A stretch of 61,993 nucleotides of DNA, counting the filler, from Sphacelaria rigidula (Eukaryota), in NCBI GenBank assembly GCA_964200075.2. It is 8 parts of 8 records of this genome, joined end to end, with 100 filler letters (N's around TTAATTAATTAA, not from the genome) between each part and the next. Parts side by side here need not be neighbours in the genome. Positions count along the whole stretch, not along the records: positions 7,764 to 15,426 come from CAXNAA020013880.1; positions 15,527 to 23,188 come from CAXNAA020013881.1; positions 23,289 to 30,950 come from CAXNAA020013882.1; 5 more parts are not named here. One strand, written 5' to 3'. Of this stretch, positions 11,084 through 23,700 are shown in pieces. Both the position numbers and the translations under genes were made by a program. The notes beneath the pieces were generated by a model. The model worked only from the letters and a program-made list of their open reading frames with translations. It made no database searches and was not told where the DNA came from. Numbering within the stretch: position 1 is the first letter of the stretch; each line of letters begins with the position of its first letter.

Positions 11084-14000
11084 GCCACCAAACCACGTTG
11101 CCGGTTTCTTCTGAGTACGCATATCCTCTACGAATCTATATTTTTTTCATCATGTCAATTATCCCCACACCTCCAATACACATATTCGCTTCGCCTGTAT
11201 TTGCCATAGCCTACCTTCTCTCACACAATACATCCATGTAAGTCAATCATTTTATGGACCGTTCTAACACACCCCGTCTACCGGTTGTTTCCGCCTCCCG
11301 ATCGATTCCTTTTTTATGGTGCTAGACGCCCTCTTTACCCTCTCGTTCTTTGTCTCGACCGCCGCTGCAGGCACCAACGTGAAACTTGGTGCACCAGTTG
11401 AGCACACCACAGCCAGTGTATGTACCGGAGCACAGCCCCTTTCCTTCCCCGAGCAAGCGAAACAAGGCGAATTTCGATTTTTGGGCAACACCGTCTGCAC
11501 GACCTCAAAACGGCCATTTCGCGGCCAAGATTCTATGCACCGTGAATGAGTGCATACTTCGTATGTGAACATGGTAGCGCACTCACTTCCGCATCATGGC
11601 CACCCGGGCGGCTGCAGTTCTCGCAAACAAACATAAGTCAGTTGTGGCGACGCCTCTGGATGATGACAATCTGTAGAAAAGCCATTCCGGTATCGACTGT
11701 AAAGATGATCAGATGATCAGAGCAGGAGGCACGGTCGTGCGCGCTGTCGTCGCTACTATGCGCTGAAACTTCGCTAACATCTCATGCAGACCACAATCAA
11801 CAATTTCATGCGTCTAGATCTGGGGCTGGGCGATGCAGCAGTGCGCGAGGAGATGAAAAGAGCGCCATTTCTGTTCCGAAATATATATATATATATATAT
11901 ATATCGCGCAAGGCTGGTGTATCTCAATTGATTACCTATATGACCCAGGTACATCGTGCAGGTTCATAAGTCCGTAGGTTGACAGTGACAGCCTGGGCAC
12001 ATAGAACATGAACCTCGTGTGTTTCTTCCGAATCGTTATTCGGCAGATGTGAGCCTGTTTTTTCCAGGGCACTCATCTCTGCACGTCAAAAGTTGAGTCA
12101 GGCTAGCACGACGGTGGGAGACGACGCGGGGAGCCTTGATTGACTTGACTTCAAACAGGGCTCCCCACGTGGCCCTGCACCGTAGTACTAGCCTGGCCCG
12201 ACGCTTGACTTTTGACGTGTCACGATCTCCGAATTTTGCGACGTGTAACGATAAGTGCCCTGTTTTCCCCCCCCAGGGTCTGCACCGTCGGGGTTTGTCC
12301 ATGACAAAAATTTAGACTCTAAAATCTAGTGTGAAGCCTCAGGGGAAAATGGACTGAAAAGCTAGGCTTTTACTTAATATGCTAGCACGGGTTATGTGTG
12401 CATGTGACCCATCATTACTTTCACAGAAGATTGTTTTCAAAAACCGTCCTCGCATAAAAAGTAAAAGCCTATGAAAAGCGCACCCCTACCGTTGAATCAC
12501 GATCCCCGCCCAGGACTGGCTGGTGACGTGTACGAGTATCACCGTTGAAATTTGATCTGCTTGCATACTCAACACAGTGTAGGTGTGGAAGAAACGGAAT
12601 ATATCATGAACTAAAGAGCAAGGTTATCTCTCACAACAAGCATCACGATGATGACAGCCGCCCCCGCCCGCATTCGCTTTACTCAGTTCGACACTACAGC
12701 AGTTGCCTCTGAGCACTAGCATTAGCAGCATAGCAAAAATGGCAACATCCGCAGAAGGGCAGCGCGATGTGTTTGTTGTTGGGTCGGAGGGAAACGATGT
12801 TAGCACTAGACCTGCAGGGTTGTGATTTTCGTACATGATACGTATGTTCAGTTGTGCCAGCGGCAGTACGGACGGCTGTTTTCGTGTTTCCTCGTTCAGG
12901 GTGCGTACTCATGCGCAGCGGGAAGAAGAAGAAATGAGATGTTGCTATATGTTCAATTCATTTATCATGACGCTGTTCAACCAGCGTCTGACAAAAATTA
13001 CCCGGGAAGAGTCCTCAACGTGTACACTGCCGACGTTAATGAAGCACGGGTACCTCCCGCAAGCGTGCCCGACAATCAGCCGTATGACCTGTGCAATCTG
13101 TGGTCGATCTGTATCTGTATGACCCGCTTAACGTACATACAATTCTCCGTTGGTGACCTACCACCTCCGTACGTATGTCCTGATGAACTATCTGTATGGC
13201 ATTGAGTCGTACAAGTCCGCTTCATGGTGATCTGTATGACCCGAGAATTCGTACGAACCTGCCATTGTTGATTTCTATTCTCTTTCGATCTGTACATCAT
13301 TTCCATCAACACACCCGTGTAATCCGACTCAGGTAGGTGTCTCGCAACGCCAACCGCAACCCATGTACACTCATATCCCATACAAGATACCTCCCTCGTG
13401 ATCGATGATGCCCGGATAACGAGTAGCTTTCCTTGGCTGGTTGCACTGTGCTGTACCATTTGAATCGTGTAGACCAATGGGCTCACACTTGACCTGTATG
13501 ACTCAAGTGACACGTGTGGAATATTCCACCTTGCATGTTCGTTACTTTCAGTTCGACAGATTGCACAACAGATCAAACTGTCGGCACAAATATGTGCTCG
13601 TCGCACTAAGTTGTGTACCTCACACAACTGTTGTTGTTGGCTTGCAAAATTCGTATTGCAAGGTAGACACAACAGTGTTGATCGGTACAGGTAGTCTTGC
13701 TTGACGCGTGGACAAAACTCGTCCTCCGCCAGCGTTCAGTAGTAGAAACTCAAGGACACGCCTGTATAGGGCAATTCAAAGGAAATGCCACAACACGGCG
13801 CCAGGGAACACCTGTGCTGTGGAGTATTCTACTGACTGAACTCTACTGAAAATGCGGCACTCTCATGGTTGATTTCAAGTTGGCCATTCGGCATGCAGAA
13901 TTGTGGTTTGCGCGCGTTTGACCGTGGTAGACCAACCCTTAGTAACTAGCTTGAGTAGTTGTGCAGCAAAACCAGAAACAACACACAGACGAATGCACAC

Positions 14001-15426
14001 ACAAACACACAAGGCCAGAAACTAGCTCTTTATAAGGCACTACTTTTGCGCCTACCATGGTTCTCCGCACTTGGTCAAGACACACGGACCCGAGCTTCAC
14101 CGGACTGCTCTCGGTCGCTCTATCTTCACGCTGTGCCCCGCGTTGAATATTGTCATAACCCTACGTCGAAAAGTTACCTAGAGAATATATGTCGATACTG
14201 GAACTTCACGCGGGGGTATAGCTTATGCAGATAGCCTACATTACGCCTATTTCGGTCAGAGGAGTGCTCTGTGCTCGGCGCCTCGCTCTCTATACATTAT
14301 CCGGACTTGACTTTTCAAACTTCACCACGGGCCTGAGTATGAGGCGAAATCACCTATGAAAAACTATGGTCTCCCAGGTCACAAGCATGCGATGTAGTTG
14401 TGGGATTGCTAACACAGAGAGGTACGCTGGTGTGTCGATGTCTCAAAACAAGAGGAAAGCATGGGATGATGCTATACAGGGAAGTAGCCATGGATCGACA
14501 CGGAAAACTCCCAAGAGAGCGTCTGGTGAGCTTCCTTTTTCACTGAGAACTACATACAGTAACCTGGAACGTGACCCGAAACCAAGGCACTTTCGACTGT
14601 CTGTGCAGTATCATGCCCGACATAGCGTCATGTTCTTGACCACCACACCATAAACAGGACACGATGCAGAATACGTCGTCAAATACGTAGGAAGATGACT
14701 GAACCATGACGATGCTGATACGCGGCTGTAGAATGTCTCTGGAACAATGTCCTCAACGAAGGCTGGCTCAACTCTACCCAGTAAATCGCACAAAACAGCG
14801 ATGGATACCGGTCCCAAAGCAGCGCGAACATATGTTTTTCAACATTTACCATTTACACAAGCCAAAAAGTCGCTGTCCATTATACCCGCCGGGCACGGGA
14901 TTGAAGATTACTCACACTACACAAAAGCCGCCAAGCCGAGCCTTCTACAGACAAGTACAGCTAGTTATTAATCATCAGTCAAGACCAAGATTACACCAAT
15001 CAACTCCCGGGATAGTGCAGTATCTGCAGTGGATAACATTCACTTGGCCTTCATACTTTCATCTTCGGCAAGGATCTGCGCTGCCAGACAATGGGAGACT
15101 GGTAGGCATGCGCCTCAGCTACACGGAGCAATTTGATTAGTCTCTGCAGCTCCTGTGCATGGAGATATTGCTATCTGGGTGGGAGGGGTTGAAACATATG
15201 AGATGCGGCGTGAATGCGCAGCAAATCATGTGGTAGGTGGTATCCAAAATGAACAGGAGATGATTGCGCCGCCTTCAGGTAGTTTTAACCTTTAGTGCGT
15301 CGCCTCGGAACAGTTTCAGAGGCTGACAGTCCAGGGACATCCGGAGGTTTTCACGGGGAGGGGGGGGGGGGGTTCACAGGGGGTGGGGACCTCTTCGCAG
15401 AAAAGTCGAAAAGCTCACCAAGTCAA

Positions 15427-15526
15427 NNNNNNNNNNNNNNNNNNNNNNNNNNNNNNNNNNNNNNNNNNNNTTAATTAATTAANNNNNNNNNNNNNNNNNN
15501 NNNNNNNNNNNNNNNNNNNNNNNNNN
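15427..15526. other. Assembly linker
   Basis: N run with TTAATTAATTAA. Confidence 0.99.
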
Positions 15527-15621
15527 CATTTTTCGTACCTTTCTTAGGCAAAAAACGAGAAGGTATACCTTTTCTAGGCCATTGCCCTATACATTTTCTT
15601 GGCCATTTCTCAAAAACAAAT

Positions 15622-15866
15622 GATGCCGCGATAGCTCCCCCGCGAACCAGCCTCAAAACGTTCACGAATAGAAAACGGCTAAACAACGCATGATGGCCGA
15701 TTTCAGGGTGGATGAAGTGCATCATATGGGCGACATTGGCGAAAACAATCACAAGTGTGGGAGTTCCCAGGTGTTCGGCCTGCTCGGCTTTTTTAAAATT
15801 ATCTTCACATATACATTTTGCCTCTTCAAACCAGCAATTTTTCCGAGGAGGGGGCTACGCGGCATC
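15622..15866. mobile_element. MITE family X, uninterrupted copy (~245 bp)
   Basis: TIRs GATGCCGCGATAGCTCCCCC / GGGGGCTACGCGGCATC; internal GGCGACATTGGCGAAAAC shared with copies at 19251 and 22747. Confidence 0.75.
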
Positions 15867-17724
15867 GGTTGAACACAGATAGATCAAGGGATGGGGGGGG
15901 AGAAAGCGAACAGAGAGGAATTGGACCAATAAAATATTAATACACAAAGATATATTCGTCAACACAACAGTGTAGTAAACGCGTTGAATTCCATGAGTAT
16001 GTCGACCGTTATTTTCCAACATGAAACGAGTAGGAGGGCGCAGTGCATACTACCGACGGCCGACAGGAGCCACAACTCGAATAGTCAGAGATAATCACGC
16101 AATCACCGCCAAGCCGGACCGACTCAATAACACCTGTTGGATGATGATATATGTATGTGCAGGCGCCTCCTATGGATGACGATATGTGCGCATTTTGGAA
16201 CAACCAAAACCCGCAATCGGAAATCCGCACAATTTGTCAACGCAGCATTACATAGGAGGGAATGGGATTCTGACATTATACGAGTATAATAGAGTTCCGG
16301 AAAACGCTTTTTAATTTTTAGAGTGCAACTATCCCAGGATCAGAGCGCAACGAAAAATTGTTTGCCCCTCCGTCAAATGTGGTACTGTATCCCCTTGAAA
16401 AAAATTCGATGTGCCTTTTTTATTCTGCATTCTGACCCCGACATATTTGCACTCTGAAACGACAAAAAAGCGTTTTCCGAAAGTCTCTAATATAATAATC
16501 CAAGAGGTAAGTACGTACTCCTCTACACAGTACTGTAAGTTTACGCGACTTCATCATCATACACCGTGGTTGAAATATACTTGATTTACGTACAAGGTCG
16601 TAAGATTCAGATTTTCGAAGGGCTGAAAGTCCGTAGTGCTTCTTGCCTTGTGCGCAGTACGCGTTTACGGCGCCGAGGTGAGCTCTTGCCACAGCCGCAT
16701 ACTTTGCCGAGGATAACGAACGCAACTCCCACCCGATCGCTGTAGAAGATGTCTTGGGTGGAAGTTAGGAGTCGGTTTGACCGTTCAATCCAGAAAAACA
16801 TCAGCCATGTAACACAACGGCGACGAACTCGTGACAAGCTGCATCACTCACGTCAGTACGCGCAGCCAACAAAATTAGGTGCGGTCAAGAAAGAAAACAA
16901 ATTTAGCCTAACTACAGCACGGTGCACTTATATCCCGCAATAACGAAACCAAAGCAGATATAACAGTACATTAGTCGAAAACACGTCTTCTCCTCCTTTT
17001 GCAGCGTACCGTAAAGCACAATGTACCAAATATAAGACCCTTACGTACTGCCCTCTCCCCAACCTCCCCCCCCCGCCCGTCCCAAGAAACAAGGCGTATG
17101 GGGTGCCATAAGGGCTATACAACGCCAGCACGTCCTCGAGTTAGTGTACTTTACAGTCAAATTGCGTTCGTTTCAGGTTCTTTCGTAACGGTAACGGGAA
17201 AAAAATGTTTCTAAATTGGGAAAAATCGCCTTGTTGGTGCTGATGTCGGCGTCGGCGTAGACGTCGGCGTTGGCGCCGGCGTTGCAGTTGCAAAAATATT
17301 CCAACCTTCACCTGCGTGCCTAACACTCTCCTCACGTCCCTCCCCGTACAACAAACGGCCGCAACGAATAGCACCGCGCAAACCGACCGATTTTTTTCCT
17401 TCTTGTCAAGACCCCGCTCAAGACTTCTCTCCGACAAAATAAACGAGACCGCAAACAAATAGCAACAAATAATACATCCGACCGCTACTACATGAGACAG
17501 AAAGTTTGAGTACGTATCACTTTTTCACATAGGGCATAACATTCTCAAGGGACAGAAAGCATCATCAAAAAACCACATGCCGCCCCGTCAGAGCACAGAA
17601 ACATCCGATCGGGTGCGCCACTCCCCCCCCCCAAAAAAAGGGTGCAGTGACTTGACAAAACAACAATGCAAAACAAAGACAGCAGGAAGTGCAGTATTGC
17701 ACCCGCTGCATGTCCAACGTCCAA

Positions 17725-20700
17725 TCAAAAATTGCGCAGATTGGCAAACCTAGCTGCAAGATCATCCATGTTGGAACCACCGCTACCATCGGCGTCATCT
17801 TTTGCCCCGGGCGGCGGCTGGTCATCCCCGTCGTCGGGTGCAGACGGTACCCCTGAGGTCGGTCGGTCCGGCGGGTCTTCATACCTGTCGTGGTTTGTAG
17901 GAATCACCGTGAAAACGAAAAATGACAGATTAGATCCCCCAGCTGAACAAGAATGACACCAAAAGAGAGCATGGGGGGGGGGGAGTATACATGATCTTGC
18001 ATGCCATAGTCATATCACCATTGACCTTGCATCCCTACGAAGCCGGGACGGAGCACGACGGATTTTCGCCGGACCAGGCTCGCAATCAATCACCAGGCGC
18101 AAGGGAGGAGGGGGGAGTGCAGCGTTATACACGAATACAGAGTAACACGAATACAGAGTAATGTACCGGTTGATCGTGACAGCTTCTCCCTTGCTTCATA
18201 CCAGCGTTATCTCTTCCGTGTGCGACTACTGTTTCAGCAAAGGTAGGGTTCGTCTTCGTTCTCAGATGTTTTGCCACCTACACATGTTAGCTTCTCGCGA
18301 ACACAATTTTCACCACGACTACATCGATACCCTCCCTCACGAGACTGTCATTTCAACTCTTGGCCATCTCACTACTCTCTTCCCAACCCCTGATCCTATC
18401 CTACGACGGATGGGGGTCGTTCGAAAACTCAGGTAAATACGTGTGTTGGTGCAGGTAGATATATTGTGGTACGATAGCGGTACATGAAACACAGTATTTG
18501 CCTTCAAGGTGTCAATCGAGATCCGGAGAAAACACCACCTGCCCCGACTTGCCACCGACAGCCACGGCATTTGCCCCCCGTAAATGGTGGGTCTTCCACT
18601 TCCGACACAGACGCGGAGTAGGTATCCCGTCGTTTGGCTTGATTGTTAAATAGTACGAAGTATATGACAGTACGTGACGGTACATGATATATGACACAGT
18701 GAAGTGGACATCGATGGAGAAGCGTGTAGCCCAAATCATGGAGGTTCGTTTCGAGCGAAAAATAGTTGGTGTGTGTGAGTGCTCAGGGACCTCAGTCTTA
18801 GCTCTGGGGGGGGGGGGGTGGCGTACTCATTGGTTGCTTGCCTTAGTCGTTTGACATTGACCACGCATCTCTTTCGAGATAGAGCACACAAAAGAGTTAT
18901 TATTGATCATTTCAATAAATGATGGGAATAAAAACTGATCAACCGTTAACCAAAGATCCCAACGTTGGGGTATTCGGCCAGACAGGTATTGAAATTGTAT
19001 CACAAGAACCCTGGTCGTATTCTTGGTTTTTTTGTTTTTGCTTTTTCGACATTATTTACACATATGATGGCATCCTCATCAATAGAACGAAGTGCGAATT
19101 CGTCGGTAACTTTACTGTAGGGCCCATCATCATCGACGCTGTAGTATCGGACATCTCAAAAATTTGAACTTTTCGAACTCTGCGTATCGGCTTCTCCAAC
19201 AGTTAAGCGGCTTATTTTTTCTCCGAATCTTCATTTGTTGGGACACTTTCTACGATAGCTCCCCCCCCCTGCTCCGTCTCGAAAGGGATGCGTGGTCAAT
19301 GGTCAAACGACTAAGGCAAGCAACAAATGAGTACGTTCCCATCCCCCCCCCCTAAAAAAAAACAGCCCAAAACTGTCACGAAGACAACGGTCACACAGCG
19401 CCAAATGTTTGCTTTCAGGCTGCATGAAGCGCCTCGTATAGGCGACATTGGCGAAAACGAACCCTTGCGTCGGGATTCCCAGCTACTCGTTGTGCTCGGG
19501 TTTTTTATTCACGTGTACATTTTTCATCCTCAGTCCAGCCACGTTTGGGCGCGGGGGGGTGGGCTATCGTAAAAAATATGCACCTCGGAGAGCTACCCTG
19601 TGTGTACGCCGTGACCCTCACAAGTTTCCGACATTCATCAGCGTCTAAAATTTTCGGAGATCTCCAAAAAACAGTGTCGATAAGAATGGTCGTGAAGCCG
19701 AACTCACCCGGACATGAGGAGCGGCATTTCGCGTGTCTGAAATGGATTCTAACAAAGGTACATCGTATAAGCGTGTGTTAATTTGGCTAATGATTTGTTC
19801 ACACTATCGACTGTATGCCAGAAGGAGGAAAATAGACTGTGCGTCTGTGTCTTTAGTGTGTTCAGCTCTCATCATGTAGTGTCGTATTTTACAGCATCGC
19901 TGCCAACCGACACTGACCGCATTGGAAGGGGGGGGTACTCATTTGTTGCTTGCCTTAGTCGTTTGATCTTTGACCACGCATCCCTTTCGAGACGGAGCAC
20001 GGAGCGGGGGAGGGGGAGTATTCCATAGTAAACGCCCGTGTTCCATAGCTAACATCATAATAATATAGGCATCAGTCATGAGTAGACTCGTCAATCGTCG
20101 AAAATAAAGCCGTAGACAACAGGGTGCAGGTGGCGCTGGTTCAGTCGCTGACTATCTAATCAACTTCAATTTAGCCGCTGCTTTTTGGTAGTATATAGCC
20201 CCAACTTCACATCAAAATACGCAGCCGTCCGTTGGGTTGCATGTTGGTTGGATTGGGTTGGGTTCGGCTGTGTTGTGTTGAATTTTGTAGAGTGCCAGGG
20301 TTGAGTTGGGTAGGGGTACGCCGGTGGGTAGCGGATCGCCTGTGTTTCTGTCATGTCGCGGGTGAGTCCCCAGCTAGGCGCTCGAAGTTCAGACCGCAAC
20401 CCAACGTGTGCAATAACGGTTTCGTTCCAAAGACACAAAAGCAGCAGAGTGGTATCGCGTTTCATCACGCGGGAGACGCGCACGTATTTCCGACTAAGAG
20501 ATAGCTCACTGATGGACCACCACACCGACGTAAATCACACAAAAGCAATTACAGCGCCGGTAGCAAACAAACACCAACACACACACACACATAACAGCGC
20601 CGACATCAAACAGCAAGTGCCCTGCCTGCTTTCCTGTCTATATCTGTCCCTGCTTCTCTCGTTATTTCGACTTTTTGACCATTCCGATCTTCCACTATTT

Positions 20701-22181
20701 CACTTTGCCACACGCATACATAATCTCACCCTGGCGCGGCAGGAATATCAAACGTGCGCGTAGACACCGGCTTATTCTTGGGCGGCGACGGAATATCGTA
20801 CGGTGTGTACGGCGGCGGCGGATCGTCCACTTTGCCTTCGCCCCCGCCAACCGCCCCTCCACCCCCGCCACCACTCTTCCCAGGACCCCACCCTTTAACC
20901 GCCTCATCCCATCCCCCGCTACGCCTCCTCTCCGTACCCCCTGCAGCCGCCGCCGCTGCACCACCATGGTGCCCCGACGGCTTACCCACGGGGTCTACAT
21001 AATGCCCCATCTCTCCTCCGCCGCCGCCCGGAGGACCCGACATCCCGCCCCCGGCGGCGGCTCCGCCGCCGCCCCACGCGGATGGACGGCCGTCGATTAC
21101 CTCGGGTGACATGGTGGCATGGGCCTGGGGCACCCCGGTAGGCACAGTGGTCGAGGGAACGGCCCAGGCGGTCACAGGTGGCGGGGAACCGATGGATCCA
21201 CCGCCACCGCCGCCGCCGGACGGTGAGTTTCGGTTGTTTTTGTCATCGTCACTATTCTGGGGCGGGGAATGGTGCTCGTATGCGGGTCTTGGACCCGCGC
21301 CCGGCCGGGAGGAGGAGGAGGTGGAGGTGGAGGGTACTTCGTCATGGGAATGGCGCCGGGGTTTGGGCTCTGACGGGGTGTACTCGACGTCATATTCCTC
21401 AGCTATGGCCTGGAGGTATTCCTGGCGAGTTTGACGCAGGGGGTGGTGAGGGTAGGGGTGTGGGAGAGGCGGGGGGGGGGCGACTGTGGTATTGCACATG
21501 TCGGAGGCAAAGCAACCGCAGCAAAATAGTTGTTGGAATCAATACTTACTTTTTGACCTGACACTAAAATCGAGTAGCATGTACCGCTACTATCTGGAAA
21601 TCAAGCCATGCGCTGTGCGTACTCTTAACTCGAGTAATTTTTCATCGTATACTGAAATTAAGTAGTAGTTGCTGTTGTCTCCGAGCTGTAGATTGTTTTT
21701 TTTCCCGCTTGTCGCACCTCTCCATGCACCTTGTTGTGTACTTCAGGATACTTCTGCAGCAATGAATTTTACGATTACTCCATATACAAGAGTGCTGGAA
21801 TCCTGTCCACGTTGATACGGACTCATCCGAACACGTGCATTGTGCACACAAGCCAGGTTTGAGCGTGTGTACAGTCCGCTCGGCGGGCACGTAAAGCATA
21901 CAGGACGGTAGGGAGGGGGGATAAGGGGCACTGACACGAGGACGGCTGCCCATCTCCGTCTGTGCTTGTCTCTCCATCTGTCTATCGGTCCCCCAGTCTA
22001 TCTCTGTATCTCGAGTTTCGTTTTCTCTCACCGTTATTACGTAGCCGCCCGGCGGGTCGCAAGAGAGCTTCTCGACCACGTTTCGATTGACGCAGCCATC
22101 CGCGTCATTCTCCGCTCGTCGTATGAATTCAGCTCCGTATTTTTTGCCGAATTGCGTCTTCACGGTGGCTAGCTCCGAGAT
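17725..22181 (-). CDS. IST1: IST1 homolog (ESCRT-III-associated regulator of Vps4), 3' exons 22032-22181, 20730-21421, 17725-17884; 5' exons off contig
   Basis: ISELATVKTQFGKKYGAEFIRRAENDADGCVNRNVVEKLSCDPPGGYVIT|EYLQAIAEEYDVEYTP matches the end of the Ist1 domain; Pro/Gly-rich linker; C-terminal MIM1-type DDLAARFANL. Canonical GT-AG junctions in consistent phase (0, then 2). Confidence 0.92.
17973..18100 (-). mobile_element. Short poly(C)-tailed retroelement, subfamily B
   Basis: Reverse complement reads CCTGGTCCGGCGAAAATCCGTCGTGCTCCGTCCCGGCTTCGTAGGGATGCAAGGTCAATGGTGATATGACTATGGCATGCAAGATCATGTATACTCCCCCC; G-rich tracts on both flanks. Confidence 0.7.
18806..18887 (-). mobile_element. 5'-truncated LINE 3'-end copy with poly(C) tail
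   Basis: Matches the terminus of the LINE at 52900-54133 (GTGCTC..TCTCGAAAG.GATGCGTGGTCAA..AAACGACTAAGGCAAGCAAC.AATGAGTACG-Cn). Confidence 0.8.
19251..19571. mobile_element. MITE family X copy with a LINE 3'-end fragment (19270-19352, +) inserted in its left-TIR C-tract
   Basis: TIRs TACGATAGCTCCCCC / GGGCTATCGTA; insert GCTCCGTCTCGAAAGGGATGCGTGGTCAATGGTCAAACGACTAAGGCAAGCAACAAATGAGTACG has C-runs on both sides. Confidence 0.8.
19926..20017 (-). mobile_element. 5'-truncated LINE 3'-end copy inside a G-tract
   Basis: GGGGGGGGTACTCATTTGTTGCTTGCCTTAGTCGTTTGA..GACCACGCATCCCTTTCGAGACGGAGCAC followed by GGGGGAGGGGG. Confidence 0.8.
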
Positions 22182-22434
22182 CTGAAAACAGCATCAACAA
22201 CAGCGACGACGACGACATTAGTTTTTGGTCAACATCACGAGAGGACGCGCAATGACGATAACTACAGCACTTTCACGTATGTAATAATGACAAGCAAATT
22301 TGAGAAACGGTGTACACACATACTCATGTATATATACACACAAAAGAAAGACGGGGAAAAAACACGGATAAATTAAGAAACGCAAGCATTTCACTGAACA
22401 GCAACAACACGTGTTTGAGACAGTGTTTGTGTCA

Positions 22435-22446
22435 ATAATAATAATA

Positions 22447-22505
<59 letters not shown>
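22435..22505. repeat. (AAT)n microsatellite
   Basis: Visible run in an IST1 intron. Confidence 0.95.
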
Positions 22506-22506
<1 letters not shown>

Positions 22507-22746
22507 CGATGTAATTACCCCATGACGAGCCGAAAAATAGACGATCTTAGCTACATGACGTTTTTACCCTTACTTGGCAGTGCATTGCTTTTACTCTCGG
22601 GACAAGAACAAAAACATTCCCAAGTAGGAAAAATCAGAGAGAAACACGGTGATTCATCTCTAAATGACTCGCATGCGACATGAAAGTTGGTCAAGGCGGT
22701 TCCGACGTCCCAGAGAGAGGCATGCCTGCACGATACTGTAACGAAT

Positions 22747-23100
22747 GATACCGCGACAGTCCCCCTCCACAGACGGCGAATCAGGACGGGGATAATATAT
22801 GTAAAAGGTTTTTGTGGAATGTATGGAAAAAGCGTAACGACCGCCGGAATGTTGAAGGTGGCTTTATTAGGAGTAGGGACGGTGCTCCGTCTCGAAAGGA
22901 ATGCGTGGTCAATGGTCAAACGACCAAGGCCAGCGACAAATGAATACGCTCCTCCCCACGCCCCCCTTCAACCAGCCCCAAATCTGTCATGACGAAAATG
23001 GTCATACAGCGCATGATAGCTGGACTGCATGAAGGGCGACATTGGCGAAAACGATGTTAAGCGTGGGAGTTTTCACCTGTTCGGCCTACTCGGCTTCTGT
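22747..23100. mobile_element. MITE family X copy with a longer LINE 3' fragment (~22768-22950, +) inserted in the left-TIR C-tract
   Basis: Left TIR remnant GATACCGCGACAGTCCCC, then CACAGACGGCGAA..GGACGGGGATAA..TAGGGACGGTGCTCCGTCTCGAAAGGAATGCGTGG (matches 53936-54120), then MITE body resumes with AACCAGCCCCAAA..GGCGACATTGGCGAAAAC. Confidence 0.75.
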
Positions 23101-23188
23101 CACTTTGGTTGACATGTACGAGCTGGGCCAGCCTAGAAACGGATTTAAGCTCTAAAAGCAATATCTCATCGACACAGACGAGTTGGCA

Positions 23189-23288
23189 NNNNNNNNNNNN
23201 NNNNNNNNNNNNNNNNNNNNNNNNNNNNNNNNTTAATTAATTAANNNNNNNNNNNNNNNNNNNNNNNNNNNNNNNNNNNNNNNNNNNN
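23189..23288. other. Assembly linker
   Basis: N run with TTAATTAATTAA. Confidence 0.99.
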
Positions 23289-23340
23289 AGCAACAAATGG
23301 CCCAAAATACCCCCCCCCCCCTATCGTAGGATGACTCATA

Positions 23341-23365
23341 ATGATGATCAAGATGATGATGATGG

Positions 23366-23402
<37 letters not shown>

Positions 23403-23409
23403 AATGATA
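23341..23409. repeat. (GAT)n microsatellite
   Basis: Visible run. Confidence 0.95.
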
Positions 23410-23700
23410 ACGGTTTTGTCGATTTCGTTGATTATTGTCAATATTATTGATGATTACAGCGTTCATTTTCGTATCATCGATCGAACCCGTACCAGGTGCT
23501 TTTGCCACGCATCATTTGGGGATCCAACAAAAAGCAGCAACAATAGCACGGGCCTAACTTGAATCGTTTCCAACCAAATTCCGACTCCATAGAGTCGCCT
23601 GGTGATCCCTTACCAACACAACAACATGACCCTCTTGTGCATTAGCTCACTCAGGCCTCCGGCGTGACTGCGCTCCCGTTGCTCACGTGCGGATTCACAG

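Noticed and set aside
12800-15140. Several 90-200-aa ORFs in contig 2
   Set aside because: No recognisable motifs or consistent splice chain; probably decayed repeat or intergenic DNA.
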